A DNA stretch of 64,000 nucleotides from Vitrella brassicaformis CCMP3155 (lineage: Eukaryota > Protista > Chromerida): contig CDMY01000221.1 in NCBI GenBank assembly GCA_001179505.1, forward strand, positions 98,636-162,635. Direction: 5' to 3'. Position 1 is the stretch's first letter. Each line of letters starts with the position of its first letter. The translations under genes and the position numbers were made by a program. A model generated the notes under the pieces. It did not search any database and was not told where the DNA came from. It saw only the letters and a program-made list of their open reading frames with translations. Of the stretch, positions 1-12,600 are shown piece after piece.

Positions 1-291
1 GACAGACAATCATCAAGACACGAGTGTTGAATGTCACATCAGCTGTACCTCAGCTCCACCGCCATCACCCTTCTCTTCTTCCTGCCTCTTCTGACGCTTC
101 GATGCCATTCGTTTGTCCAGCTTCAAGTTGGTTGAGCCTCTCTGCCTCTCTCTCCGCGTTCAAGTTCGAGACTGGGGGGTGGCTTGCCCCCACCAGAACC
201 CCGAGTCACTGGCAGTCCCCTTTATCTCCCGCAGAGGCATCGTTTCGAAAGGCGAAGGAGCATTGATCACACTCCCCTTCATTCATCGGCC

Positions 292-2309
292 ATGGCCCGC
301 ATCCATCCACACGCCCTCCTCCTCTCAACGCTGGCGCTCTTGCCGATATGGGCCGGCGGCGAGGGGGGTTTCATGGCTCAGGAGGACAAGAAGTCCCGGA
401 AGCTGGTCGGCAAGTGGGGTGATTTCGAAGAGGGTGACCTGACGGGCGACGACATCCCCCGCTTCAACCCCGACGTGTTCCCCTTCCCCACCAAGGCCCC
501 GCTGCCTGACAAGCTGACCAAGGATGATATCGAGAAGAGCATCGACATGAAGATCCCCGACTCATGGAAGAAAGACGAGGACGGCTACGTCGCGATCAAG
601 GACCCCGAGTACTGGGAGCAGTACAAGGTCACCAAGCCGCCCATCCCAACCATACCTGAGGACAAGCCCGAGCCGCCCGACCTCAGCAAGCCGACCCAGG
701 GGCCCAAGAAGGAGAAGACAGTCAAGGTGCCCCAGTTCTTGTACGAGATGGGGCTCTTCACCCCCTATGAGGAATTGGGACCAGAGGACAAGGATAAGAT
801 TGAGGTCGTCCCGGATCCTGAGATCGACAAAGAAGAACTCCAAGAAAAGTTCGACCTCGCTAAGGAAATTGCCAGGGCCGTCGCCGCAAATGCACGTACG
901 ACCAGATGCACGCAGGCACAGCAAGAGAGACACACCAAGAGACGAGAAGAATCTCGGAATCGTGATTTCTTTCGCATGCAGGGGGTGAAGATGCTGAGGT
1001 GCCAGAGTTCGTTGAGGACCAGGAGGGGCCGCTGCCCAACACGGATGAACTCTTGGACTCAATCCCGACCAAAAGCCTCACCGAATTAGGGCAAGAAATT
1101 GGCCTTCCCCTTCGGGAAAAGTACAAGTCGTCCAAAATTGGGCAAACCCAAAGGAAAATCGGCGACATTGTCAACTACGCTGAGGTATGATTTGTCAGAG
1201 AGACATGACAACAGTTATGGCTCCACTGGTCCTGTGCGCCCACCCCACCCCACGCACAGGAGCTGCTGACCTATTGGCTAACTCCCGAGATGATTGATTT
1301 CCTGGAGTGTGACGCGCTGGTGAGCAGCGTGGAGAACTTCCTCCTGGACAACATTTCGCCCTTCATCTCCATCGAAGAGGACGACCCCGTATGGCAGTAT
1401 GTGCGGGGCCTGACGGAGGCGATTCTGTGGTCCAAGCTGGACATCATCGATCCACCCGAGAGCGAGCAGGAGAAGTACCAGGAGTATCGAGACGCATACT
1501 CCGACGCAATCGTCTGCGAATTGATCAACAACAACTCGCCCAACTGCCCTGTGGAGTTCCCACCTAAAGACGAGGATGATGATGACGACGATGATGACGA
1601 GGACCGGCGTAGGCTCACAGCTCGGGCAGCTCATTCCTGTCAGCCGCCAGGGGTCACCCCGAAGGGCTTTCCAGGTCTTGCAGGCGGACACACGTACATG
1701 GCCGCGTGTCTCACCGGCTCTTCTTTTTTGCAGAGTGTGTGTACGTGAGCGGCTTTGCGGCTTCCTGCAGCCCCCACAACCTCCTGGGGGGGCGTGGCTG
1801 TGCTGCGGGCAGGAACATTATGGCGCAGGAGCTTGACGGCCTGTATCGATATGACACGACGGACGTCTCCGGCTGGCCCGTCTATTCAAAGACTGTCCAC
1901 AACATCCCAGGGGCCGACAAGGTGTTCCTCAACAAGCCCCACGGCACGAGCGGCGCCTACGCAGCTTTTGCCTGCCTCCAAGCGGATTCAGAGGTGAGCG
2001 AGACACGACAAGAGACGCATTGCACCAGCTGGTCTGTCTCATTTCCATGCACTCACTTGTGTCATGTCTTGCCTGCAGGCGCCGCGGCGCAAGTTGGAAA
2101 AGAGCCCCTTTGCCTTTACCTATCAGTCTGGGGCATGCAGCAGCCTGGACCCGAGGACCTTCCCTGCATGCCTCTCATCGGCAGGGCCATGGGCGCTGGC
2201 CAGGCTGGGGACCAAGGGGTGCAATGGAGCCGTATCTGAACGGTCGTCTGTCTGCTGGTTCCCCGCCAGAGTCAAGATATTTCCTTGCGCATGTGGCTCA
2301 TTCGCTTAG
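292..2309 (+). CDS. Secreted acidic protein with Cys-rich C-terminal region, unknown family (5 exons: ~292-895, 982-1184, 1260-1674, 1733-1992, 2079-2309)
   Basis: Signal-peptide-like N-terminus MARIHPHALLLSTLALLPIWAGG. GT-AG splicing joins the listed ORFs (184, 999, 1290, 1706, 2064) in frame. The C-terminal half aligns by eye with the gene at 3591-6540. Confidence 0.75.
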
Positions 2310-2894
2310 AGAGACAGACTGTGGGCAATGCGTCTGTTGGCGTTGGGTGTTTGGCACCGTCCTGGGTTTGGTCAGTTGGTCGGTCGGTCGGTCGGTCGCT
2401 GCATGTCGTGTTTACGTCTGCTTATGGATTTATTTCGGCGTGCGTGTGGATGGTGTGATGTGGTCGGATTTTGGTGCTACGCCTGCTGCCCATGAAATGA
2501 ACGAGTGAATGAGAGGCAAGGGAGCATTACATCCATCCATCCCTCCACCCAGCCACGATGCGGTGCAGTGTCCACTCAAGGCACAGAGTCTGGCAGACAG
2601 ACACCACACCCAGCAGCCAGCTACTTACCGTCTACCTACCTACCTAGTCTCGTCAGCACCCTCCCTCCCGTCTTGTCTTGTCTGAGGTTACGTGTGTGTG
2701 TAGAGCATGCAATGGCAGGCACGTCACCCGGTAGGTCAGTCAGTAAGCTCATGCCATGCAGCAGGTGGGGACTGGCGACTCATCCCATCTATCTGTGTCC
2801 GTCCGTCTGTCCGTCCGTCTGTCGATCTGCCATCCACCGTCCGACAACCACCACCACAATCCACAATACGATAACACCACCCACGAGAGCACTA

Positions 2895-3260
2895 GACGTA
2901 CGCACACAGGCGGACTGACTGACTGACAGACTGACTGACAGACGGATGGGATGGTTAAGTCCAAACGAACCTGCCGACGACTGACTGCACGCAACGACAA
3001 GGGGGAGAGGGAGAGGGGGAGAGAGAGAGAGAGGGAGAGGCATATGCTACGAGAAGGGAGGGGAGGGGAGAGGGGAGGGAGGAGGGATTGACGGCAAAAT
3101 AGTCACCACGAGTACACACGTACAGACATACAAGGAGAGAGAGGGGGATGCGAACACGCATACACACACACAACACGCAGCAGCATAATAGATATCGGTA
3201 GGTCATTCAGTCGATGAGCGAGCGAGACAGTCAGTCAGTGAGTGATCCAATCCAAAAAGG
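2895..3260. repeat. Microsatellite-rich intergenic tract (GACT/GACA, GA-rich, CA, CAGT); representative of tracts in most introns of the window
   Basis: Directly visible simple repeats. Confidence 0.9.
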
Positions 3261-3590
3261 AACGGAAGAAAGAACGAGGCACGCTGCCCCCCCGAGCCCT
3301 ATCTGCCTAGCCAACCGGCCTGCCTACCTGCCTGCCTGCCTGCCCAGCCGCTCCCTCATGCGTGCGCGCCAGCAGCGCTCTATCTACCGACCAACTTTGG
3401 ATCTGACGGCATGCATCCACATGAGCGAGCGGCAAGCTGGCGACAAGTCGATAATCATAATCATAATGATAAGTTGTGTGTACTGCCGGCCAGCCAACCG
3501 CACCACAGCCCACCCCAGACATACGCACACTGATTCAATATGTATGCACATCTACTACACAGGCCACGCCGCCCCAGCCCGCCCGCTGAT

Positions 3591-6540
3591 CTAGTCAATT
3601 GGGAACCCTGGTGCAAGAGGGCCATCGTTGTTAGAACACGGGACGGGTGTGATGGTGATTTGGTCGACTTGTGGCGATGGTAGGCCGAAGAAGCATGAGG
3701 CACCTCCCTGGACGAGGTTGCCGGTGCATGTGCCTGATCCCGCCCTGGCGAGGACCCATGTGCCGCCGGTGAGGCACTGGGGGAAGCCTTCGCCTGCCTG
3801 GGGGTCGTTGAGGTCGCACCCGATGGGGGCGATGCTCTCGCCCTCACCCGCTGTCGTCGTCGCGAATGGAGGGCGCTGACCGATACCTATGTTCTGCATG
3901 CACGCACACACACACACACACAGGCAGAGAGAGAGAGAAAGACATACATACCGATGACATGCAGCCCATCCATCCGTCCATCGGATGAGTGTGGTGCGTG
4001 TTTGGTGTGTTTATTGATGTTTACCGAGAAGTCATCTACGTTGGCTGTGATGGATCCGAAAGTGCCGACCTCGGGCAGGACGCTGTTGGAGCCCACCTCG
4101 CCGGGAGTGCGCGAGAGCAACAACTGCGAGATGGACTGATCGAAGGGGAAGTTGACGATCACGTTAGTGGTCGCAAGACCCTTGGAATAGACGGGAAACC
4201 CGGCCTCGTCCAGGAATACAAATGTGTAGACGCCATCGAAATTCTGCGGCTCCAGCGACCGACCCGAAATGCACCCCAACCCGCCCCTGTCGTTGACCGG
4301 CTCGCACAACGGCTGGTATCCTGTCACCTCGATGCACTCTGCACACAGCACACACATTCATGCAGTCAGTGAGTAGAGTGAGTGGGTCGGCGTGTCCATG
4401 TGTGTTGACGGACGGACGGACAGGCGGGCGGAGAGAGAAATGACACTCACGTGGGAATCCGAACGAGTTGAGATCCCCGCCGGGCGCGGGCGTCGTCACG
4501 ACTGTCTCAGGGGGCACGGGGAATGCCGAGTCCACAGGGCACTTGTCAGAGTTGGCGTTGCCAATGATCGCACACCTACACCACACACACACACACATGC
4601 ATGGAGGCGAACAGGCCGAGCGGACCATTTCCTCAACCATGTGTGGGTCTGTCTATGTGGGTCTGCCTGTGTGGGTGAATGGGTGGCTTACGCGATGGCA
4701 TCGACGATTCGGTTCTGCACCTCATCGTCGACAATGCGCTGTGCTTCGGGCCGGTCGACGAGCTCCGACGTTTGCCACACCTGCAGAGAAGGAACAAAGT
4801 CCAATACACAACGGACAGATGAACAAACAGGTGGCGTGTGTTTCTTTGTTTCGACGAACGTTCTCTGTGATAGACTTGGCGAACGTCCTGGCAGGCAGCC
4901 GCACAGACCACACAGCGTCCAACGATCCACGTGTGAATGGATTGTGCCAAGCTGCTGACTAATGCGCACGTACCAGATGGGGTCAGTTTCGTTGACTTGG
5001 TAGAGGGGCGATAGGGCGACCGTCGCCTGCTCAACCGCACTCACAATCGGCTCCAGCTCCAACCTATCAATGTTCTCCTTCGTGAGATACGCAGTGGCGA
5101 ACTCCTATAGACAGACAGACAGACAGCCACACACACACACACACACATAATACACATTCATTCCACAGCTGTGTCATTCGGTGTGTGTGTCTCGTCTGAC
5201 TGGCTGACCTCGATGGAGTTGACGATGTCGCCGATGGCATTCTGCACTTGCCCCACGGTACTGTTGACGTATCTCTGTGTAATGGGCACACCGATGGCTC
5301 GCAGCGCGTCACCCAGTGTGGTGGAGGGCACCGCATCCACGAGCTCATCGAGCCGAGGGAAGACGCCGTCCTGGCCGGGCACGATCGTCGGCACCACGAG
5401 GTTGGGCACCTTCTCTTGTGTGGGTGCCTCGGTGATGGGCTTCTTGACCAGCTTGGCCACCGTGTCCTTGACGGGGTCGCCGAACGGCAGGAAGCCCTCG
5501 GCATGTGCAGCCTCCTCGGGTCCTCTGTGCGGGGCACGGCGGTACCGCCGCTGCAGCTCTCGCCTCGTCTCCTCCTCCTCCTTGACGGCATCCTGGTAGG
5601 GCTTCAGAAGCTTGAGCAGACCCGGCTCGTCGACGGAGGGGCGCTGGATGGCCGGCTTGGTGAGCGGCTTGGTGAGCTTGTCGCCCTCGGCGGCCGCCTT
5701 GCGCTTGGGGAAGGAGAGCTTGACCTGCTTGCCGTCGGCACTGACGGCCACGCGGGGGTTCTCAATCTCCATCTGCTCGGCCAGCTTGTCAAACATGGCG
5801 TCGAGCGCCTTCGTGGCGTTCTCATCCTCCTCATCTGCACCGTCGTCCTCGTTGTCGTCGGTCTTGTCGAGGCCGAGGTCATCAACAATGTCGGTCTTGT
5901 CGACGATGTCCTGGACGATATCTTCGTAAATATCAATGTCGGCCAGCCCCGTGTCCTCCTTGCCCTTGAAGATAGTGTCGTTGATGTCGACGAACGTGTT
6001 GATGACGACATCGAAGGTGTCATCGACGGCGTTGTTGGTGAGGTTGCTGAGGAACCCGCTGATAGTGATGAAGCCGTCTTCGAGCAGGATGGCGCTGTCG
6101 AGCACCTTGGGGAAGACATTGAAGGGGTCACCGAAGAGGAGGTTCGGGAAAAGGGCCTGGAAGGTGAGGTCGATCGTCTCGGACGCCAGGTCGCCCAGCG
6201 TGACGGCCGTGGGGACGAAGCTGATGCGCGGCCCTTGTATCTCGAACTTGGGCAGTGACTCGCCCGCCGAGCCGATGTGTTGGTTGACAGCCCTCAGCTG
6301 ATTGAAGATGGCATTGGTGAACCGCTCGACGGTCTTGTTAAAGAAGCGGTCGTTGGGGAAATCCTCCTTGATGGGCTCGAGAGCCGCATTGACAGCGTTG
6401 TCAACCACCGCATACGCCTTGGCGACGGGGCAGCTGCCGCCGCAGATCTTGCGAGCAATCTGACCATTGGCCGCCGAGCCGAGGAGGAGCAGGCCGAACA
6501 GAGGCAGCAGTAGTACTCGGCTACCCAGCAGCCCCTTCAT
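3591..6540 (-). CDS. Secreted protein, paralogue of 292-2309, unknown family (~6 exons)
   Basis: Signal peptide MKGLLGSRVLLLPLFGLLLLGSAANG. Long first exon (ORF 5158-6600), then exons in ORFs 4688, 4164, 3887 and 3591 that match the partner gene block by block. Confidence 0.75.
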
Positions 6541-6646
6541 CCCGCTACTCTCGCTCACTCGCCTTCTACGTGCCTCTTCCACAAGTACAAAACACAACAA
6601 CCACTGTACAGTGCGTACGGCGAATTTACAGAGTCAAGGATTTCTA

Positions 6647-6653
6647 AGCTCGC
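6647..6653 (-). promoter_or_regulatory. GCGAGCT motif in divergent spacer
   Basis: AGCTCGC between starts at 6540 and 6887. Confidence 0.5.
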
Positions 6654-6886
6654 GCTCGTGAGACCCCTCGCAAACCACACTGTGACCCTGCACAGGTGGG
6701 GAATTTTGCTGAGCGCACAGGCGGAAGGTACGCAGACGAGATAGAAAGCGCGGCCGTGGTGTATGTATTCTGTGTGTGTCCATCTCGCTTGTCTCAGCGG
6801 TTGGCAGGAGAGCCTGTCAGCCACCGCAGCGGTCAAGGCACCGCTTCGCTTTCGTGTGAGTGCGCGTGCGTCCTTTACAGAGCACA

Positions 6887-8166
6887 ATGGGTGGTTCATC
6901 ACGTCCTCAATGGCGAGCGCTGCTCCTGCTGGTCCCCTTGGTGGGGCTGGGGATGTTCACCGGGTCCGCAGAAGGGTTTGATCTCTTCCCGGGCATCGGT
7001 GACATCACCGACCTCATCTTCAGCCCACCCCTTATTGTAGGCGACCGGCCCACACGCGTCAAACGAGTCACGCCTATCTATCTTCGTCATTTGCTGTGTG
7101 TGGGCGGGCTGATCTGGCTGATCTGGCTGACTGGGTGGCTGGGCTGCAGGGTTCGTCGGTGAACAATCCGGACATCGGCAACTTGAACTACGACCTGTTC
7201 TACGTTGAGCTGGAGCAGGAGAACCTCCCCGGTGCGTGCCTGTTCAATGCCCTGGGCGCCGTCCGCAACCCCAACCCCAGTGTGGATACCGTGGAGGAGT
7301 GCCTCGAGGACTGCGCAGCGAAAGAATCCAACAGCCGGTGCCTCGGCGTACAGTTCTCCGGCAGCGACGATCCTGGTGGTACGTACCTGGGGTGGGTGGG
7401 GACTGCCGCCCACCACACACACCATTTGTGTGTCTGTTTGTGTGTGTCCATTGTCTGTCTGTCTGTCTGTCTGCGTGTGTCCCCGTCGGCCGTTTGCTTG
7501 GTGTTTGTGTTGTGTGCCAATTGGCACTCCACTCACTCAGAGTTTGAGAATGTGTGTCTGTTTTCGATTGGGTCTCTTACGGAGAGTGACGTGACAGCGA
7601 TAGCCTGCTTCAAGAGGAACATAACAGACGACGACCCCGCCCTCGCCACCGAGGACGACGAGTTCATCGAGGTGGGCTTGGGCGAGTGCAGAGATGATGA
7701 CGGCAACATCCTCATTGAAGCCATTGGTACGATTCAGCCAATGCACACACACACACATAGACAGACGGACGGACAGGGGCATCTGTTCTTCTGTCTCCCT
7801 CCCTCTCAGACCCGACTGACGACCTGAAAGTGGGCAGCAAGGACGAGTGTGATGAGGCATGTCTCACTGGAGACCCCCGGATTTTCCCAGCGGGCTTCGA
7901 CTTCGAGGGCCAGACGTGCCTGGGCTACGAGTTCGCATCCATCGGGTCCATCTTCGGCGCCTGTGAGTTCATCTTCAGCGCAACACCAAACACATCCGCC
8001 CCCACAAGTTGCTTCTCAAAGAGTAAGTAATCCACACGCTCGTGCACACACATACAGAGCGAGCGCGAGCGAGAGGGAGAGACGTGTTCGCCTCTCTCTC
8101 CTTCCTTCAGACTTGGTGATCCAGGCGATAGACACGACCAACAAGATCCAGTTCCTGACGCGATAG
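6887..8166 (+). CDS. Secreted protein with two PAN/apple-like Cys modules
   Basis: Signal peptide (RALLLLVPLVGLGMFTGSAEG). Two repeats of the pattern C..(EC..xC)..C.G(V/Y)xF...C...CF: TVEECLEDCAAKESNSRCLGVQF...CLF...CFKR and SKDECDEACLT...CLGYEF...CEF...CFSK. Stop TAG at 8164-8166. A probable 5'UTR intron acceptor lies just upstream (cctttacag at ~6880). Confidence 0.65.
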
Positions 8167-9241
8167 GCCAACATCAGCCACGTCAGCACACCCTGCGCCA
8201 CACAGACGTGCACGTGTGTACTTATTGTGGATGGACGAGTGGGCACCCGTCTGACTGTCCTGGGCTTGTGGCCCAGCCGGACCTTTTCGGCTGGTTCATG
8301 CTACGTTCGTGCTACGTGTTGAGGTGTGTGGGCGTGGTGGCGTAGCGTAGTAGCGTGTTGGCGTAGTGTAAGCAGGACCGTTCGTGAGGTCGGGGGCGAC
8401 GCACCACAAAGCGGGTGTTGGGTCCGCTCACGGCAAACGACCTCCTGCAAGATGTCGGCCGTGCCGTGGGTGGCGCATGGCGTGCATGTGCTGTTGACGC
8501 ATTGGTGGGGCCGTCGGTGCATGCGAGCTGCCTGCCTGCCTGCCTGCACGTGGACGAGTGATTTCACATATGACGTGCGTCAAACTGACTGTTCTGGTCT
8601 GTTGGTGGGAAAGGGCCAGGTGGATAGAGTGCGGCGCCTTGATCATCCTCCCTCAGCAAGTCATCCACAGTCTCGTCCGCATCGATATCATATACACACA
8701 CAGCCTGGGCGCACCGTCGCTGAGCAGCAAAAGGGCGATACGCCACCAACCAATCAATCGATCAATCAATCTAGCACCCCCGACCCAACCACCAATAAGA
8801 AGCACCTCGTCCATCCATCGGGCAAGTACGAGCGCCGCTACACTCTCTCTCATTCCTCGTCTGTCTATTTAGACGTCCAGGTATGTATGTCGGCGCCCAT
8901 CTCTGTGTTGTGTGTGTGCCGAACCCCCTCCAGCAAAATGGACACACATATATTCACCCACGAAAAAAACCGTTTGCAAGTGTACACTGGCCCCACACAA
9001 AACACCCTCCCCCCCCCGGGCACCAACAAAGGGTAAGAAAGCCAAGAGGACCTGCTTGGCCTCTCTGCCTGGGTGTATGGATGGTATGCAGCTGACAGCC
9101 TGACATGACGGCTGTGCCTCCCTTTCCCCTGCCTGCATGCTTTATCTATCGACCACAGAATGAATCTCAAGTCACCCCGCACCCACGGTGGATGGGTGTG
9201 TGTCCGTACGTCCGTGCGTGAGCGGTCGGCAAGTAAGTAGG

Positions 9242-9597
9242 TCACGAGTAGAACCAGGTGAGTCCTGCCGATGCCTGCCTCTGGATGAGGTAGTCGCGGC
9301 TCTCGCAGTCCACGTCCATGCGATCCAATATCCACCTCAACACCTGATAAATCCGTAAGTAAACCAGCCGTTCGTTCTTTTGACGCTTCGGGGTAACACA
9401 CCTCCACCCAGTGCGTGCCGGCTCAGCTCAGCTGATCAGCTTGCCTGTTTTTTGTCTTGTCCGAAGTCATTGGCGTAGTGTTTGAAGAAGAGAGGGACGT
9501 GTGCCGAGTGGAGCGTGAAGCGCACCCGCTCGTTGAGGTACTGCCGGGTCAACACATTCAGCTGCTCGTCCACACGAGAACTGACACACCGACCACA

Positions 9598-9635
<38 letters not shown>

Positions 9636-12600
9636 TGAGCGGGCCGTGTCGGATGGGCGTGTGTGTGTGTGGNNNNNNNNNNNNNNNNNNNNNNNNNNNN
9701 NNNNNNNNNNNNNNNNNNNNNNNNNNNNNNNNNNNNNNNNNNNNNNNNNNNNNNNNNNNNNNNNNNNNNNNNNNNNNNNNNNNNNNNNNNNNNNNNNNNN
9801 NNNNNNNNNNNNNNNNNNNNNNNNNNNNNNNNNNNNNNNNNNNNNNNNNNNNNNNNNNNNNNNNNNNNNNNNNNNNNNNNNNNNNNNNNNNNNNNNNNNN
9901 NNNNNNNNNNNNNNNNNNNNNNNNNNNNNNNNNNNNNNNNNNNNNNNNNNNNNNNNNNNNNNNNNNNNNNNNCCCCCCCCCCCCCCCTTTTCCCACGTAC
10001 CCTTCACTTGTGAACCATCCAGCGGGGTCGAGCCACGACCTGGCGCTGTCGTCCCTCATACTGCCGTCGCCGCACTCTATCATCTCGTGCCTGACGTCAC
10101 GCAGCCACATACATAAATCAGAAATCCATCAGGAAGGAACAACTACGTCGTCTGTCTGTTGCTCGATGTCGTTGTCTGCCTACTTTTGCAGGAGGAGGGC
10201 GATGTTCAGGAAGAAGGCCTTGCGCTCCGTGCGGTTGAGCTTGGACGCGTCGATGCCCTGCACCGCACGCAAATTGCTCACAAACCTGCACACCCACACC
10301 CACCCACCCACCCACCCACACAGACACAGAGACACAAAACATGCGGCCATTCATTCAATGGCTGGTGTCTTTCCCCTTTCTTTCCTCACTGACTGTCTGT
10401 ATTCCTCGGATATTCTGACGGCGGCGATGTCAACGCCCGGCAGGCCGGTGGGGGGCCGGGATCCGTCGTCGGACAAGAGGGATGAGAGGCGAGTAGTCCT
10501 GCTGCCGCTGCCGCTGCTGGTGGTGGTGTCGTCTCGCGGCCGGTGGTCGTCGTGGAAGGCGGGGCTCTCCAGCACACAACGCAGCTGATCCACCAGCTGA
10601 CAGGATATCTGAGTGAAGAGACAGACAGACAGCACGGGCCCGATTGGGTGCGGTTGGTTAAAGTGTGTGATCCGTCGTGCATGTGTGTGTGCGTGTGTCA
10701 CTGTCTGTTATTTCTTGCCATGAGTGGGTCGGCGATGGTGCCTTTGAACTCTCCCAGCGTCATGTTGAGCGGCAGACCCGGCGTGTCCTGCGTGCAACAC
10801 ACAGACACACAGACACACAGACGGGGGCTGTGCTGTGCTGTGCTGTGCTTTGTCGCCAGACAGCCAGCCATCCATCCATGGGTACTGACGTAGTAGAATC
10901 GGAGTTTCTTGCTGGGGTCGTCCTCGAACCCCGCGCCGCTGGACCCCACCACCACCAAAAGACCCACGTCCACCATGTCCTGACACACACACACACACAC
11001 ACACAGACATACACGAGTGGATCCGCCTGGCTGCCTGCATGCCTGGCTGGCTGGCTGACCTACCTGAGCAATGCCGCCCGCCCTCTCTCTGACGACGTCG
11101 AAGTGTTCGCACAGAAAGTCCACCAGATTGGGGGCCGAGAAGACACGCTGGCTCACACCAAACACACCGGATCGCTGCACCTCGGTCGGCAATACGCTGA
11201 TCGATCGATCACACAAACAGACACACAGACTGTTGTATGTATCTCTTCTCCATCTGCGTGTGTGTGGCGTGGCGGACCCCCGAGCGACGAAGGCGATGCT
11301 TGAGAGGGTATCATAGTTGTCCAGCAGAGAGCTCGGCAGCTGACACATTCCACCCACACAAACACACATCACACAAGACACAAACACAACTCCCACACAG
11401 TGCGCCGTCCGCCCTCCCCTCTCCTCCCCTCCCTCTCTACCTCCCCATTCGCAAATGGCGCCGTAGCCGACAAGGCCAGGGCGCTGCGTGCTCCACTGCC
11501 CGTCCTGCTCCTGCTGCCGGTATCAGACGCCTTGCTGCGTGCCAGGTCAGGTGAGCCAGCCGACAGCGGCGGGCTGGCGATCGACTCGGCCCCACCGCTG
11601 CCCGACCGGTGTGAGGCCATCAGCCGCTCGGACGACGCCAGGGGTAGGGCGAGGTTGCTGGTGAGAGCGGCGGGGCCTGCCCTGTTGGAGCGGGAAGAGG
11701 CCGCCAAGCCGCGGGACATGGACAGGTTGCTGTCGTCCTCGCTGTCCTTCCGCTGGTGCTGGGGGTGGGTCGGCCGCTGCTGGGACTGGGAAGGGGACAG
11801 GGGGTGGCTCGACAAGTCGGTGGTGTCGGTGGGCCCCACTGTGGCCCGTTGCTGCTGCTGCTGCTGATTCTTGTGGCGCGCCCGGAGTCCTTCGCTGAGA
11901 GAGAAGGGGTGGTGGTCATCGCTGCGCTGGGAGGCCAGGGGGGCTGCTGCTGCTGCTGCTGTTGCTCCTGATACGCTGTTTCTCGGCTTGTTGGTGTGTG
12001 GTGCGTTGTTTGATGTGAGATGTGTGTCGGGTGAGGGTGGGAGGCCCACCACAGGCACACCCACCACATCCGCAAAGCTCCTGCGGCTCTCGCTGTGGTA
12101 CTGCTGAGACTGATCCAACACACACACACACGCACACCGAGACAGAGGCATGAGAATGGAGGGAGGGAGGGCTTTGTGGGGTGTGTGGGCCATGTGTGTG
12201 GGTGTGTTCTACGAAAGGTGTCCTCTCGTCGGGCTGTGCCGCCTCGTTCGGGGTGGTGTCCATCTCAAAAGGCCCCGCTACCTCGCCGCCCTTGCCGTTG
12301 TCGACGACCATCAAGCCATTCGCTTGGTCACCGCTGCCCGACACCGACAAGGCACCCTCCCCCCTTGATGCTGCCGCTGGTGCTGCGGCTGGTGTCTTGT
12401 CTGGGAGTGATTTTTCCGACGCCGAGTTGGAGGGGTCGAAGAATGGCCGCACGGCGTCGGCGCACTTCCACTCGTGGACGAAGTAGTTGATGCGCGCGTG
12501 GATAATTGGGTCTTGCGCCAGCCTAACGATCCACAGAGAGAGAGAGAGAGGGAGAGAGAGAGAGAGAGTGGTGTGTGAGGGTGGAGGGATTGCGTGTGGG

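Noticed and set aside
1290-2309. ORFs 1290-1748, 1706-2239 and 2064-2309 as separate small genes
   Set aside because: They splice in frame with 292-1184 and match consecutive exons of the paralogue.
8200-9240. Long ORFs 8326-9036 (-) and 8865-9407 (-)
   Set aside because: Repeat-derived composition in the spacer between two convergent stops; only 9242-9344 is a real terminal exon.
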